Of a stretch of DNA of 64,000 nt, positions 42,787 to 61,102 are shown piece by piece (within the stretch, counting starts at the first letter, position 1; the number at the start of each line of letters is the position of its first letter). The notes below the pieces were generated by a model, which was not told where the DNA came from, searched no databases, and saw nothing but the letters and a program-made list of their open reading frames with translations. Made by a program: the position numbers and the translations under genes. Location of the stretch: assembly GCF_009914755.1 (NCBI RefSeq), contig NC_060925.1; one strand, 5' to 3'. Source of the stretch: the human T2T-CHM13v2.0 reference genome, Homo sapiens.

Positions 42787-43652
42787 TTAGAATTAATATC
42801 GTACATCCTTACAATGAACTATACACATGGCAAGATATTTTAGTTTCAGAGACATACATACTATTTAAGTATGTTCTTCACTACAATGTGAAATATATAG
42901 CTTACTGGTGGGTCATCATCCAAACAGTTTGTAGTTGCACTGTTGCGCTTTGTTCTCCTAGAAAATACCTCTAGCCTTTCTTCCCTTCATGGAGGAAAGG
43001 TGTTTTTCAGGTGCAGACTGACAGACTTTAGGAAGTTTTTACACGGGGTTATGAAGGAAAGGGATTGCTCTAGGTCTCAGGGAGGTAGGGCTGCTGCAGG
43101 GACCCAGACGGGTTTTCAGCGAGGTTGGCAGTAGGTATTCAGCTATATAGAAGTGGAAGTCAAGGACTTTCCAATTCCAGGGGCTCATTTTGATGCTGAA
43201 ATGGGGGCGGGGCATGAGTCCTAAGTCCAATTTGGCTATGGGACATTATGACTGTGATGCTATGGGCAGGATGATCTGTGGATATTAGATTTTCTTAAAG
43301 AGTGGTGTGAAAGAAAGGGTCATATATTGGATATGGGGTCAGAACTGAACTTTAGTTCATCATAATAGCTGTCCTTTGATTACAACTGTGCTTCCAGTGT
43401 GACCTTGGGCTCTACCGTGGTTTTCTCTTTTGTAAAATAAGGGTCTTGCCGTTGATTCCAAATGGGAATATTTTGGTAAATGTTCCATGTTTACCTGAAA
43501 ATAATTCATGTTGAGTGCAGTGATCCGTCTATCTAGTCTGGTTTATTATTCATATTGATCAGATTTTTAAGTGATTTTGGTTTGCTTATTCAATAAGCTA
43601 TCGAGAGAGGCATTAAAAAGTCTGCTATGATTGTGGATTTACCTACTTTTAG

Positions 43653-43948
<296 letters not shown>

Positions 43949-44373
43949 AGATTTAGAATTCTTCTTATATCCTCCTAGGGATTGACCCTTCATTCTTATG
44001 TTATGCCTCTTTTCATCTCTGTGAAAGTCCTCATTGTCTGATATTACTATAGCTACATTCCAGCTTTGTTTTGGGTAATGTTTGCATGTTACCTTTTTTT
44101 TTTCCCCTGTACTTTCAACTTTTAAAATGTCCTTATGTTTAATGCATATCTATGAGCAGCATATATAGTTGGTTTTTTGTGTGTTTTAAGTGTAGACTGA
44201 TAATCTTACAATGAGAATATTTAGTCCATTTACATTTAAATGCAATTGTGGATGTATTGGAGTTTATATCTACTACCTTAGTTTTTGTTTGTTTACTATT
44301 TGACCTGTCTGTTATGTCCCCCTTTTTCTCACCTGTTTTGCCTTCTTTTAAATTAATCAAGGACTTAAAATTA

Positions 44374-44982
44374 TAGTCATGCGTCTCTCTTTTTTTTTGG
44401 AGACAGTCTCGCTCGGTCACCCAGGCTGGAGTGCAGCGGCGTGATCTCGGCTCACAGCAACCTCAGGCAATTCCCATGCCTCAGCCACTCGAATAGCTGG
44501 AATTACAGGTGTGTGCTGCCATGCCCGGCTAATTTTTGTAGTTTTAGCGGAGACAGGGTTTTGCCATGTTGGCCAGGCTGTTCTTGAACTCCTGGCCTCA
44601 AGTGATCCACCTGCCTCAACCTTCCAAAGTGCTGGGATTAAAGGCATGAGCCACCGCACCTGGCCCTCATGTGTGTCTTAACAAGGATTCAGTCCGAGAA
44701 ATGTGTCGTTAGGCAGTTTCATCATTGTGTGAACATCATAGAGTGTACTTACACAAACCTAGATGGTATAGCCTGCTACATGCCTAGGCTGTATGGCATA
44801 GCCTGTTGCTCCTAGGCTACAAACCTTTACAACATGTTACTGTACTGAATACAGTAGATAACTGTAATACAACGGTATTTGTGTACCTAAACATAGAAAA
44901 GGTATAGTAAAAATATGATACAATCTATCACTGTCGTATATGCAGTCCGTTGACTGAAATGTTACATGATGCGTGACCGTGC
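44374..44982. mobile_element. Tigger3/MER7-like DNA transposon interrupted by an antisense Alu (44389-44664)
   Basis: GAGAAATGTGTCGTTAGGC...GAACATCATAGAGTGTACTTACACAAACCTAGATGGTATAGCC...GTTGACTGAAATGTT. Confidence 0.75.
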
Positions 44983-45341
44983 ATGTTCTCTCTTTGTTAG
45001 CTCTTATGTTTTACATTCCTTTACGGTTCTTTTGGTGATCACTCTTGAGATTACAGCACGCATCTTGACTTATTACAATATAAAAATAAGTGATTATTTT
45101 TACTACTTCTCCAATGATGCTAATACCTTAGAACACTTTTTAGATATTAAGATATATTAAACACCACAAGAATTATTTCTTTGTACAGCCCATATGAATT
45201 TAGATTTACCCACATATTTGCCCTTTTTTGTGTTTCTTTCTTCCTGCATTTCTATAATTTTATTTGGTATAATTTTCTTTTTCTCTGAGGAACTCTCCTC
45301 TCTCTTACAGTGTAGTCTGTTAATCATGAATTCTTTTAGTT

Positions 45342-45993
<652 letters not shown>

Positions 45994-48900
45994 TCATCAT
46001 ACTTTATTTTTTTAAGGTATTTTTGCTGGGTAGAATATTCGATGTTGAAAATGTGTTTCCTTTGATCACTTTAATAATATTCCTCTATTGTTTTCTTACT
46101 TTGATTGTTTTTTTGAAAATGTGGCTATCAGTTATATTGCTGCTTCTTTGAAAGTTATGTCTTATTTCTTTTCTCTGGCTGCTTTTACGATTTCCTTTTT
46201 GTTTTTGTTCTCTAGCAGTTTGACTGTGACATGCTTGAGTGTGGTTTGCTTTGTATTTATTCTGCTTGGGGTTTACAGAGCATCTTGAACTGTGGCTTCC
46301 ATCAGTTTTGGAAAATTTTGATCATTTCTTCAAATACTGTATCTGTACTATTCTCTCCTCTCTTTCTGGGACTCCAATTACACATATGTTAGATCTTTTC
46401 CCTCTGTCCCCTGTGTCTCCTTTGCTCTTTTCTGTATTTTCCATGCCTTTTTCCATTTATCCTTCAGTCTTGCAGGTTTAGAGGAGATGACTTATCTCCT
46501 CTGTACCTATACATTGAGAAATGGACACCTACAGAAGTGAGACTTTAATGGATAGAGGAGGCACTAGAGAAGACTTGCCAGAAGGAGTTGAGCACTGCTT
46601 TGTGCATAGCTCTGTGGTGGTTCCTGGGGCCTTCACACAGGAACTTACAATCCACATCATTAAGGCAGAAGGGGAGAGAGGAAAAGGGGAGAGAGGAAGA
46701 CAGGAAACAAAAAGTAAAGAAAGAGGAAGCAATAATATTATTTGATTCTGTGTAGAAAGGATTTTGAAATTTGACCTGTGAAAACAAGGAGATGCTCATA
46801 TGAGAAAAAGCAGGTCAGTGGGCCAGGAATGAAGAGTAGAGGGAATGGACCTTTGGGTATCCTATTATTTTTAAAAGGTAAAAGGTTGGGGGTCCCTTAC
46901 TCCCAGAAAAATACTTTGCTTTTAAATATAGCTTATGAGACTCTATTGGGTTTCCTAAGAGGTAAGGTAACTCTCTTATGTTAGAAAACAGGCATTGCTT
47001 AGGCTGTTGGCTCTTGTTGCTTAATTTCCCAAAGATGCCAGTACACTTCGGATACTGTTAATACACCAGCAGCAAAGCTCTCTCTGGGACCATTGTGCCC
47101 CATCCCCCCAAACTTTTGTGTCCCTCATCTCAGTGGTAAAATTTAAAACAAACATTGGGTGAATGGGCTTGGGGTGGTTATTTTTAAAATTTTGCATGTA
47201 AGGACATTTAAAACAAAGCACCACTTTATACCATCACTTTATTTATCTTTTCAAAAGGACATTTTAACAGTGCAAAAGTATAAAGTACGTGCTTTAAGAC
47301 AGAGGAGAATAAATGGAATAACTTAGTTTTGTGAAAGACTCACAGTATCACTTGGTTTCTGGACACGGTTCGAGACCTGGCTGTGGCTTGCTGTGGCCTT
47401 GAGAGCCATCCCACAGCAGCAATGCTGTTGGACCCTTTGGCTGGGACCTTCAGGACCCCCTGCAACAGCACTGTGTGCCCTAACCTGCTGGCATGATGCC
47501 CCTTTGTTGACAGGGCTGCATACAAGGCCAGCGACAAGTGGCAGGCAGTGACGCCAGCCTGATTTGCTGAGGGCACACGCCATGCTTCCTGCAGTGCCAG
47601 TGCTCTTCTGGGTCCACTTTGCAGCAGGATAGATGTGTTCTAGATCCAAGAGTTCTGCACCCTCAGCAGGGGTGCGGGAGTGTAGTTTTTTGCCTTCTCA
47701 GGAGCCTCCTTGGAAAGGGGCTTTTCTGTGTATTTCAGGAGCTCTGTGTTGGAGATGAGAGAGGTTCTTATTCTCTCCTGTTACAGATGAGGAAGCTGAG
47801 CCAAGAAGAAGCATATGGCCCAGGGCCATATGGTTATTTGTGACATCCCTGGGACTAGAGCCCAGGCCTCTGTGGTGTGTGTGGAAGTCTGAGCCTGGCC
47901 AGGCTCTGTAATTAGGCCCCAGAGGGGCTATAGGGCTTCCCTTCCCCCACCAGTCCAGTTCTGGGAACAGAGGGACAGATCCTGAGAACCTGTGAGAGCA
48001 GCCGCTAGGAACTCCTCTCGCCTTCCCGTGCCCCTTCCTGCCATGCTGGGGGCTGCAGCCCCCTCCCCAGGCCCCCTGTCCTCCCCTGAGGCTGGGGGCA
48101 GCTGGAGGATGCCAGGTGGTGATAGAGAAAGACTGAACACTGGGGATTCAGGAACACCTTGAAGCAAAGGGAAGCCTCCTGGGCTGCTGCATTTTCTGTG
48201 GGGATTTCTTGTCTATTAGATGAGGATTGTTGGATGCCTCAGTAAAAGCTGGGCTTAGCGCAGCGCCTGGTTTATAGTTTGCTGCTGTTTAGCTGTATCT
48301 TTACCCCTTGCTGGTAGAGAAACTCCCCCGAGCCCTTCTCTGTAAACAGGCCTAGTTTCTGGCAGGTAAAGCCAAAGCCCCAAGGAACTTTACTTACTCA
48401 CCCCTGCCCTTAAGCACTTTTCACCCAGCCTGCTAGGAAGGGCCCTGTTTGTTGGAAGTTGTTTGATGTTTTGCTTTTTTTAACCTCCTGGTGTCCATCT
48501 GGGCAGAAGCCGAGTGACTGCCCACAGGAGGGCCCTGTTTGGCTCTGATGACCTCCTAGAGGGACTTTTGGGAGGATGGGGCCTTGTGGGGGACTGGGCT
48601 CCAGAAGTCATAGGAGGTTGGCCTGCAGCCTGTGTTCCTGCCTGGGGGAGAGCCTGCCCCTCCCTCCCCTGTCATTCCTTCATTGCATAACTTCTCTCGG
48701 AGAAACATGTCAGAAGCTTTCCTGGAACAGGCCAGGAGGGAAGCAAGGCTGCTCACAGTGGCTTTAGAGCCTGGAGCTTGTGCTGGGGCTGGTTTTCCTC
48801 CAGGACGACCTTGCTGGCCACGTGGGCCAAGCCGGGGGCGCTCTTAGAATGTGGATCTGAGCAGGGAGAGGTGTGAGGTGTCCTGAGGGCTGTGGGGGTG

Positions 48901-49759
48901 CCGAGTGGGGTCCCACGAGGACCCGGGGAGTGCCGGCTGAGGTGCTCATCTTCTGGAGTTGCCTCCAGTGCTGGCTGGTTCTAATGGAGGGCAGAGGCTG
49001 GCCTGGGTTCCTGAGCAATGCGCTGAGTCTGGGGCGGGAGGGCCTCAGTTTATTCTGGGTTCACTGGTGCAGGAGCTCGTGAGGCCAAGGTCAGGGTTGC
49101 TGGCCAGCTGGGCTGGTTTCTGTCCCCTGGGGAGCCTGCCTGTCTGTCAGTGGGCAGCGCCTTGGCCTGGCACTGGGCTGGTCGGTCCTGAGGGACGTGT
49201 GGGGCCTGAGGCCTCCTCTGTGGAATGTTCTTTTGGTCATTTGTTTAATAACAGGTCCTTGCCAGTGGAGAGCTGTGTGCCTGAAAGTGGCCAGAGAACA
49301 GTTTGAGGGGGGTCCTGATGGAGGGTGATGAGGGGGACACACCTCTGCCTGCAGAAGGAGGAGCTCAATGTGGCCCACCCTACAGCTGTGGCATCTCCGG
49401 TAACCTGTGGATCCACCTGCCCCTCTCGTGGGCTTGTCTCTGGACTTGCTTCAGGCAGAGAAGAATCCAGACACAGAGAGACATTGGTGAAGGTCACTGC
49501 AGTGCACAGGCTAATGTTGCCTGTCTCCGTTTATTTCGCTAAGTCAGATCGTGTGCTCGAGTGCTGGCAGGGCAGAGGTGGGCAGGCATCAGGGAGTTAA
49601 TGTTTAAACGGGGACTGTGTCTCCCAGCTCTGAGCCCAGGGCTTTCTACAGCGAGAGAAAGAGCTGATGTACCTGCCAGGCACCCCCATCCCAACACAGC
49701 AGACATCTGTACCATGTGTGTTGTCACTCCTGAGGGCCAGGAGGCTCAGCTTATCCTGC

Positions 49760-50065
49760 CCCATGCTGCCCAGTACGGAGCCGCCAGCCGCACGGGGCCT
49801 TGGAAATGCGGCTGGTCCACAGTGGGATGTGCTGAGTATAAAACACACATGGTGTTTGGAGACTTTGTGCACACACACAAGTGCAAAATATCTCTAATAA
49901 TATTTATTTTGATTACTTGTTGAAATGATAACATTTTGGGTATATTAAGTAAATTATACTATTAGAATTCATTTTGCATGTTTCTTCTTGCCTTTTTCAG
50001 TGTGGCTGCTAGAAAAGTAACAATTATATGTGTGGCTTGCCTTCTATTTCTTTTGTTCTGCGCCG
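49760..50065. mobile_element. MER33-like hAT element
   Basis: GATGTGCTGAGTATAAAACACAC...GTTGAAATGATAACATTTTGGGTATATT...GTGGCTGCTAGAAAA. Confidence 0.65.
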
Positions 50066-50448
50066 GCCCAGCCTTTTTGAATAGAGTCACGAGAACAACA
50101 GCAGCTGCTTGTGTGGCCTTTGTGTGTTCCTGGCCCGGCGAGTGCTCTACTCACGCCCGCACGACAGCCTGTGAGGCAGGGGCTGCCCAGACTGCTGGGG
50201 ACGTGGAGGGTGCACTGTTGCCCAGGTGTGGGTAAAAATGTATCGCAAAAACATTTTTTTAAAAATTGAGTTGTCTTCTTTTTAGTTTTAAAATGTACTT
50301 TTCATTAAATTTTCAACAAGTTCTGTATTTTTCATAAAAGTCATGCATAATCACTGTAGAGAATTTGGAAACATGCAAGCAGATGCCAGTTTCCTTGCGC
50401 CTTAAACAGAGCGTCCTGGTGTGAGCCCTCTCCCCCAACAGCCCCCTG

Positions 50449-50840
50449 CTGCGATGTTGCCTGGCTGCCGGGCAGTGGGGCTGTGGCGCTGCGATGTTGT
50501 CTGACTGCGGGGCTGTGGGACTGCGATGTTGCCTGGCTGTGGGGCTGCGGGACTGCGGGGCTGTGGGACTGCGATGTTGCCTGGCTGCGGGGCTGTGGGA
50601 CTGCGGGGCTGTGGGACTGCGATGTTGCCTGGCTGCGGGGCTGCAGGGCTGCGGGACTGCGGGGCTGTGGGACTGCGATGTTGCCGGGCTGCGGGGCTGC
50701 GGGACTGCGGGGCTGTGGGACTGCGATGTTGCCTGGCTGCGGGGCTGTGGGACTGCGGGGCTGTGGGACTGCGATGTTGCCTGGCTTCGGGGCTGCGGGG
50801 CTGCGGGGCTGCGATGTTGCCCGGGTGCGGGGTGCGGGGC
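50449..50840. repeat. CpG-rich VNTR; 8-nt subunits (GCGGGGCT/GTGGGACT) plus GCGATGTTGCCTGGCT, 48-nt higher-order period
   Basis: GCGATGTTG at 50451, 50491, 50523, 50571, 50619, 50675, 50723, 50771 and 50811. Confidence 0.95.
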
Positions 50841-51782
50841 TCTCCGAGGCCGGCTCATCGTGCGGCCGCTCTGGTCTCAGCCCTGCCGGCCATGGTCACC
50901 GTGCCCAGCCAGGTGCTCTTCACCCTCTTTCTGCTCACCCATGCCTACCCGGAAAGCCAGCTACAGCTGGGTATAAAGGAAGAGAATACTGGCCCTGGGT
51001 GAGGTGTGGCATTAGTGGCACCTTCTGGGCTCCTGGGCAGGGGTGGGGAGTGGCTTTCTTGAGCAGCTGGGATCATTCATTGACTGATTTTTGGATAAAT
51101 GAGGTGTTAGTGGACCTTGATTCGGAAGATTGTGAAAGAGGATAATGGGAAGGCCTGGCACCCCACGGTCCTCAGATGTCAGTGTTTGCCAGCCCCGCAG
51201 AAAGGGCAAGGTGGGCGAGAGGGCCTTCCATTACCCAGCGAGGGCTGCGCCTGAGCCCCGCGAGTTCCCCTGGCTTGGATTAGGGGGAGCCAAAAGTGTT
51301 CTCACTCTCACCACCAAGTGCTTTGTATGCCTGTGGCAACACCTTTCCTGTTCCAGTGAATTAGGGAAGTCTAGGTGATGGGAGGCTCTTCAGACAGACC
51401 TGAAGCGGGTGGTTGTGTTCTCAGGGTGCCCTGTGTGGTCGGGGTGACGTTGGTCTGTGGACCATCCCTGGTCCGTCTTCCCATTTGTGCTGGGTCCTTC
51501 CCAGGTGCTTCCCAGCTGGCATTACTTTGGGGTGTCCGTGTGCCCGTGAGCCTGTGAATTATCAAAGGTGATGGTGTGGAGTGGGGGATTCCTGAATCTT
51601 TTTCACTGAAACACCTACCTCGAGCCAAATGTTCTCTTAAAACAACAGGTGGCATCTCCCACCTTGTTCCCCACTTTTCAAAATGCTGGTGTGGCAGCGA
51701 GGGCCCCTGGTGCAAGCGGTGTCTGTGTGGTGCTGCCCCAGGCCTTGTGGGTGGGCGAGCGGGTGGCCCCAGCCCTGCGTGA

Positions 51783-52013
<231 letters not shown>

Positions 52014-52141
52014 TAAGTGGCGTCCCTGGGGTGATGAGGCTGTTCATACAGACAGATTGACCTGCTTTAGAGGGGGTGAGGCTGGAGGCCCTTCCTCCTC
52101 CCAGCCCAAAGTGGCCACCCAGCCCCTTCTTTTTGGCTGCC

Positions 52142-53352
52142 TGCACATCCACACGCCTTCTGCACACCTGGACACCTTACACACCCCCTGCACACCCACT
52201 GAACACCCACACACAACCCCTGCACACCCACCGAACACCCGCAGACCTTACCCCTTCCACACCCAGCGAACACGCGCACACCTTACACACCCCTTGCCCA
52301 CCCACCAAACACCCGCACCTTACATACCCCTTGCACACCCACTGAACACCCACACACCTCCTTATACCTCCTGCACACCCACCGAACACCCACAGACCTT
52401 ACACACCCCTTGCACACCCACCGAACACCCGCACACCTTACCCCTGCACACCCACCGAACACCCGCACACGTCACACACCCCCTGCACACCCACCAAACA
52501 CCCACACATCTTACCCTCCACACACCCACGCACCTTTTTACATCCTCCACACACCCACCTCATACCTGCACACCTCCTTACACACCCTCTACACACCCAC
52601 CACACACACCTGCTTACACAGCCTCCGCACCCACTGAACACCCGCACACCTCCTTACACACCCTCCACCCACCCACCACACACCTGCACACCTCTTTATC
52701 CTCCACCCACCCTCCACCCACCCGAACACCTCCTTACACACCCTCCACATACCCTCCAAACACCCACACACCTTGCACACCCTCCACACACCCACCTCTC
52801 ACCCACACACCTCCTTACACACCCTCCACACCCACCAAATACCTGCACACCTCCTTACACATCCTCCACACACCCACCGAACACCCACTGAACACTGCAC
52901 CTCCTTACCCTCCACACACCCCCCACAGCCACACACCACCTTACACACTCTCCACACACTCTACCCTCTACACACCCGCCCACCTTACACTCCACACACC
53001 CGCCCACCTCCTTACCCTCCACACACCTGCCCACCTCCTTACACACCCTCCACACACCTGCACACCTCCTTACATCTTCCACACACCCACCTCATACCTG
53101 CACACCTCCTTACACACCCACCTCACACCCGCATACCTCCGTACACACCCACCTCTCACCCGCACAGCTCCTTACACACCCTCCATGCACACACCTCCTT
53201 ACACACCCACCTCATACCTGCACACCACCTTACACACCCTCCACACACCCACCAATCACCCACTGAACACTGCACCTCCTTACCCCTCCACACACCCACC
53301 ACACACCCACACACCTTACCCTCCACACACCCGCACACCTCCTTGTAAACCC
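52142..53352. repeat. ~1.2-kb C/A-rich degenerate tandem repeat (CACACCTCCTTACACACCCTCCACACACC-like)
   Basis: Read directly. Source of the H/T/P-rich 506-aa ORF. Confidence 0.93.
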
Positions 53353-56204
53353 ACCTTTTGCTGCTGCCCTGCTCTCTGGAAGTCGCTGGTCTGGCCGGGT
53401 CAGGTGTGGCTGGGGACAGGCGAGGTGTGCAGGCAGACCCTGCAGGCTTCTCCTCACCAGCTTAGTAACCTGGGGAGGCTGTAGTCTATGCAGAGGCACC
53501 TCACCTCTGACGTGAAGGTCACAGCCAGGGTCAGGCAGGTGGTCAGGTCAGGACACTCATCCCACTGAGGTTGGTGGCCCGCTGTGGCCGGGCCCTCTGT
53601 GGAGAGGTCCTGCGAACGGACCACGCTGAGGCTTTGGGCATTCGTGCTGCTGTGATGAGGAGTGGGGCGCACTGAGTCCCTGCCGCCTTCTGCCTGTGAA
53701 CACCAGGCCGGGCTCCTCCTCAGGCCTCTTCAGGCACGGGGGGCGGGCCAGGTAGGTGCGAGGTCAGCCCAGCAGGGGCTTTCCTGTTAGTGGGGCCTGG
53801 GGTGTGGAGAGCAGTGCCAAGGGAACCGTCTGCGTGTGGATCTTCCTCAATGCCTCTGGAGTTCTGGGCCAAGTCCCCTGGCCCCGGCCCATTCAGGGAA
53901 TGTCAGCTCATTCTGGTATCACGCCCTTCCACCCCCGTCCATGGGGACCCCCAGAGACACCCAGTGTCTGGCCACACTGCAGCCCTCACAGCCCTGTCTT
54001 CCAGCCTGGGCTAGCCTCCTTTGGGGGCCCTGCCAGTCCCCGGACAGCCCCCCTTCACCCACCAACGCTGCCTTCTGGGGCAAGGGCACTAGTCCATCCC
54101 ACAGGCCCGGACTGAGTCCTGGGGACACGGGCGGCATGCACGTCCTTGGAAGGGGCTGAGGACGGAGGGCTTAGCAAGGGTATTTTTAGCGTTGGTGCTG
54201 ACACTCTCTGGGAAATGAAGCCTGGGTTTCTCTGGAAGGAGAAGCCAGCCTTCCCCTACTGTCCCCTACTGTCCTCTCCAAAGCTGGCTGTTCTCCAGAC
54301 TACCTCATCCAAGCAGGGAAGAGGCCAGGCTGGCTTCACAGTTACAGCTAGTGTCCTTTGTCAGGGACAGTGGTGACCCCAGGCTGGGGGTTAAGGGGCC
54401 CAGGCATTGTTAGCCCTGAGAGGGGGACCCGAGGCTTAGGCTGGAGTGGGGTGGCCCTGGGCAGCCCCAAACTGTGCTCCAGCTTCCTGACCAGGCCCTG
54501 GCACCCTCTGGACTGGAGGACACCGGCCACCCTGGCTGAGCTCTGCCCTGGAAGGACCTTTCCTGAGCTGGGGGCACACTGCCGTAGCCCTGGGCCCATC
54601 CCCACTTGCCAGGTCATTCTCACAGCCAGCCCTGCCTGGGTGGGGGACATACCTCCAGCCTGTGGCATTGACCAGCTTTGCCAATGGGCTACCTGGGAAA
54701 GCCCGGATTGGGCCAGGCACCGTTCCCATCTCTCAGGAGTGCTGCTGCTAGCCTAGGCCTACTCTGTGTGTCATGAGGAGACAGACTGTCCCTCCTCTGG
54801 CCTGGGGCAGTGGCCTCTCCTCAAGGTTTGCCTCTCTGCCTGCCCCTCCCCAGGGACCCAGGCCCAAGCCCCCAGCCCACAAGTACCACAGGCCTAGGGG
54901 GCAGAGGGGACATTGACTGCCTTTCCTTTGGTGCTGGCGTCTGCTGCTGCCTAAGGCAAGGGGGTGGCCGAGGGACCCTTCTGGGCCCAGCCCTCTTGGA
55001 CTCGCTCTGCCCATGGGTCATAGCTCAGCCTCCCAGGGCAGCTCAGCCTCTTCCCGCAGAGCTAACATCTCCCACCTTCACAGGTCCCTTCCTGCTGTCT
55101 GGGACCCTGGAGTGAGCCTGGCCCCTTTCCACGTAGCTGCCTGCATGTGTGGGCAGATGCGGGTCTTCTCCGAGGCTCCTCTTCCGGGCCCGCAGGGCCT
55201 CCATTCTCAGGGCGGCCCGCCCCACCCTGGTTTCTCAGGGGCCAGGCTGCACCCGGCTCCGGGGCAGAGGGCAGTGGCACGGTCACCTCTCTCTTCCCCT
55301 GCTGGGGACCTGGCTCCGTGCCACCCGAGCGCTGTGCCAGGCCTGAAGTGATTTGAACTGAGGCAAATGCTGGGTGCTGTGGGGGCCAGAGAGGAGGAAG
55401 CCGCACTGCGACCTCTTGGGGCTTGAGATCTAACTAGATTCACAGGACAGAAGGCAGGAGAAGCTCCGAATGTCACAAGGGCTGGAGGCCCGGCGACAAG
55501 GGGTGCTGAGGAACTCAGGGAAGGTGGAAAGACTTGGAGCCCCAGATCCCTGCTCAGGCCTCTGTCTGCCTCTGGATAGGGGCACCTCCATGTCTAGGCA
55601 GCACTGAACTGATGGCCCAGGATAGGGGGGAAGCTAGAGAGGACCCAGCAGCCCTGGGCCACACGCCTGCTGGCAGTTGACTTAGCCGGCCTTCTGCTGC
55701 TCCTGAGTCGCGGCCCTCAGCCCTCCCCTTGGTGGACTGGAAAAAGGCCACCTGCACCCTTGGGGTCACTGCATGCTCATCACTGGCCAGCTGGCTGCAC
55801 TGAGCTGCAGGGGGCCTCTGTGGGTGGACGGGAGAGACGGGCACCCCTGGGCTGTGCTGCCCTTGGCCTGAGCGCCGTTCCCTTGAGGACAGCCCTCTGG
55901 CTGAAGCCACTTGGCCCCATGTGCAAATGCATGCCGACCCCACAGGTGCAGCGGGCCTTTGTGCAGTGCCCTGGGTGGGGGTGCACAGGGCAAAGGCTCG
56001 GCACCTCCTCACCTGGGGTCCTCTGGGTCCCTACATCCCTCTTGGTTCCCACTCCCACGCCCCTTCCAGCCACAGGCAGCACCATGGCCCTGTCACGGCC
56101 CGCCAGGTCCCCATATGGAAGGGAGAGGCCCTTTGTGTGTGTGCGTTTGTGTGTGCACATATGTACGTGTGCATGCCTGTGTGTATTGGGAGGCGCTGGC
56201 GTAG

Positions 56205-56648
<444 letters not shown>

Positions 56649-56879
56649 TAATAGGCCTGGTCTCCAGACGGGTGGCTCTGGGTCCAAAGAAACACATGGA
56701 ATAAAGAGCAGAGAGGAAAAATTGCTCTCTACAGGTGGTCAGAACACAGGTCATTTCAACATTTTACTATGTTTTATTTTCCAAATTTCTTTTGTAATTA
56801 TGAAAAACTCTGCATGTTGAGTGTAAAAAGCCCACCTTCTCAGGTCACTGGGCGGAGGCTGGGGCTCCCGGGAAGCTGA

Positions 56880-57584
<705 letters not shown>

Positions 57585-57730
57585 TGAGTGACTTTGGGGG
57601 CACAGAGGGGCCCCCAGCAAGCTTGATTTGGGGTGGGCAAGGACAGGGGACAAGTGATTGCTTTTTGGGGCCAGAGCTGGTGGGAGGGTGGCCGTGAGCT
57701 GTTCCCAGGGGTGAGGTGAGGCAGGAGTAG

Positions 57731-58663
<933 letters not shown>

Positions 58664-58822
58664 TAATAGTGTGAGCTGGGGACTTGGAGCCCTGAGGTGC
58701 TCCCTGGGGGTGAGGGGCAGTGAAGTAGCACCAGTGGGACTTAGGGGGACACAGGGGAGCTGCTGCCTTCCCTGGCCCAAGTAACACTGGGAATCAAACA
58801 GTCCCTAGGGTAGGGTGGGTAA

Positions 58823-59345
<523 letters not shown>

Positions 59346-59522
59346 TGAGGCTGGGACAGGATGCTGGGGGACTCGGGGTAGGGAGAATGACTGGGTTCCT
59401 GCCCTTGTGTCCCCATCTGCGCTGCCTGCCCCTCAGGTCTGGTGACAGCAGGCAGTTAGGCTGACAGCTGCCAGGCGTGGTGTCACAGCACTGGCCGGGG
59501 GCCCTGTGCAGGGAGAGGATGA

Positions 59523-59837
<315 letters not shown>

Positions 59838-60694
59838 TGAAAGCTGGGGCCCACCCCGGCCCATGCTGCCCTGCTGAGCGTGAGATTTTCCGAGTGGGCC
59901 AGTGAGTTGGGGACTTGTCGTGAAGCTCTTGTTTCTGCCTCTCACTCTTGCCCACTTAGGGCTTGGGGTTGGGCCTCGATTGAGCCAACGTGCAGAGCAA
60001 GTGGGAAGGGAAGCCCCAGCCCTCCCCTCATCGAGCCTCCCTGGGGGGAGTTGGAAGAAACCTTAGAAGCCTTTTAAATAAAGGGGAACGGTCTGTGCTG
60101 GTGCCGCCTGAAGCCACCCACAAAGTGGCATTTTCCGCTTGCTGCTTGACAGTGGGGAAGGAGTTAAAGAAATCCAGGTCAAGCCTTGGGTCTGCCGTCT
60201 CATAGGAGTGTCATTTGAGGCTTGTCAGTATCTCTGAGCCCCCCTTATCTCAGCTGTAAGCGCTCAGCGGGCAGCAGCTCTCTCCCGCCTCTTCCTTATG
60301 GCCACTCGCACTGACTCGATTCCTGGCCGCCCCGTCCCTCTGACCACCTTGGGCTGTCCCTGGCGGCAGCTCCTCTCCCCTGCTCTGCTGGCGGCGGCTT
60401 CCTTAGGTTGCTAGTTCCCGTGGGCAGACACACGGCTGCTGGGTGTGTCTTGGGTGGACTCTGGCAGGCTCAGACACGCATGGTGGGAGGCCCTGCCAGC
60501 TTAGGCCCACGGACTCTGTTCTTTTTGGCCAGAACAGTGTTTTGTTAAAACTCTGTATGAGTGCCACGAGGCGGGACGCATCCTCTGCACTCTGCCACAG
60601 GCCCCGCCACTCCCTTTTGTATCACATCAGCCCAGTCCATGTTACCCTCGTGTTCCCGGCCCCTGTGGGTTTGAGTTTATGCCCATTACCATGA

Positions 60695-61102
<408 letters not shown>

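Noticed and set aside
50449-50840. CRISPR-like regularly spaced repeat
   Set aside because: The intervening segments are themselves repeats rather than unique spacers; human context with no cas genes.
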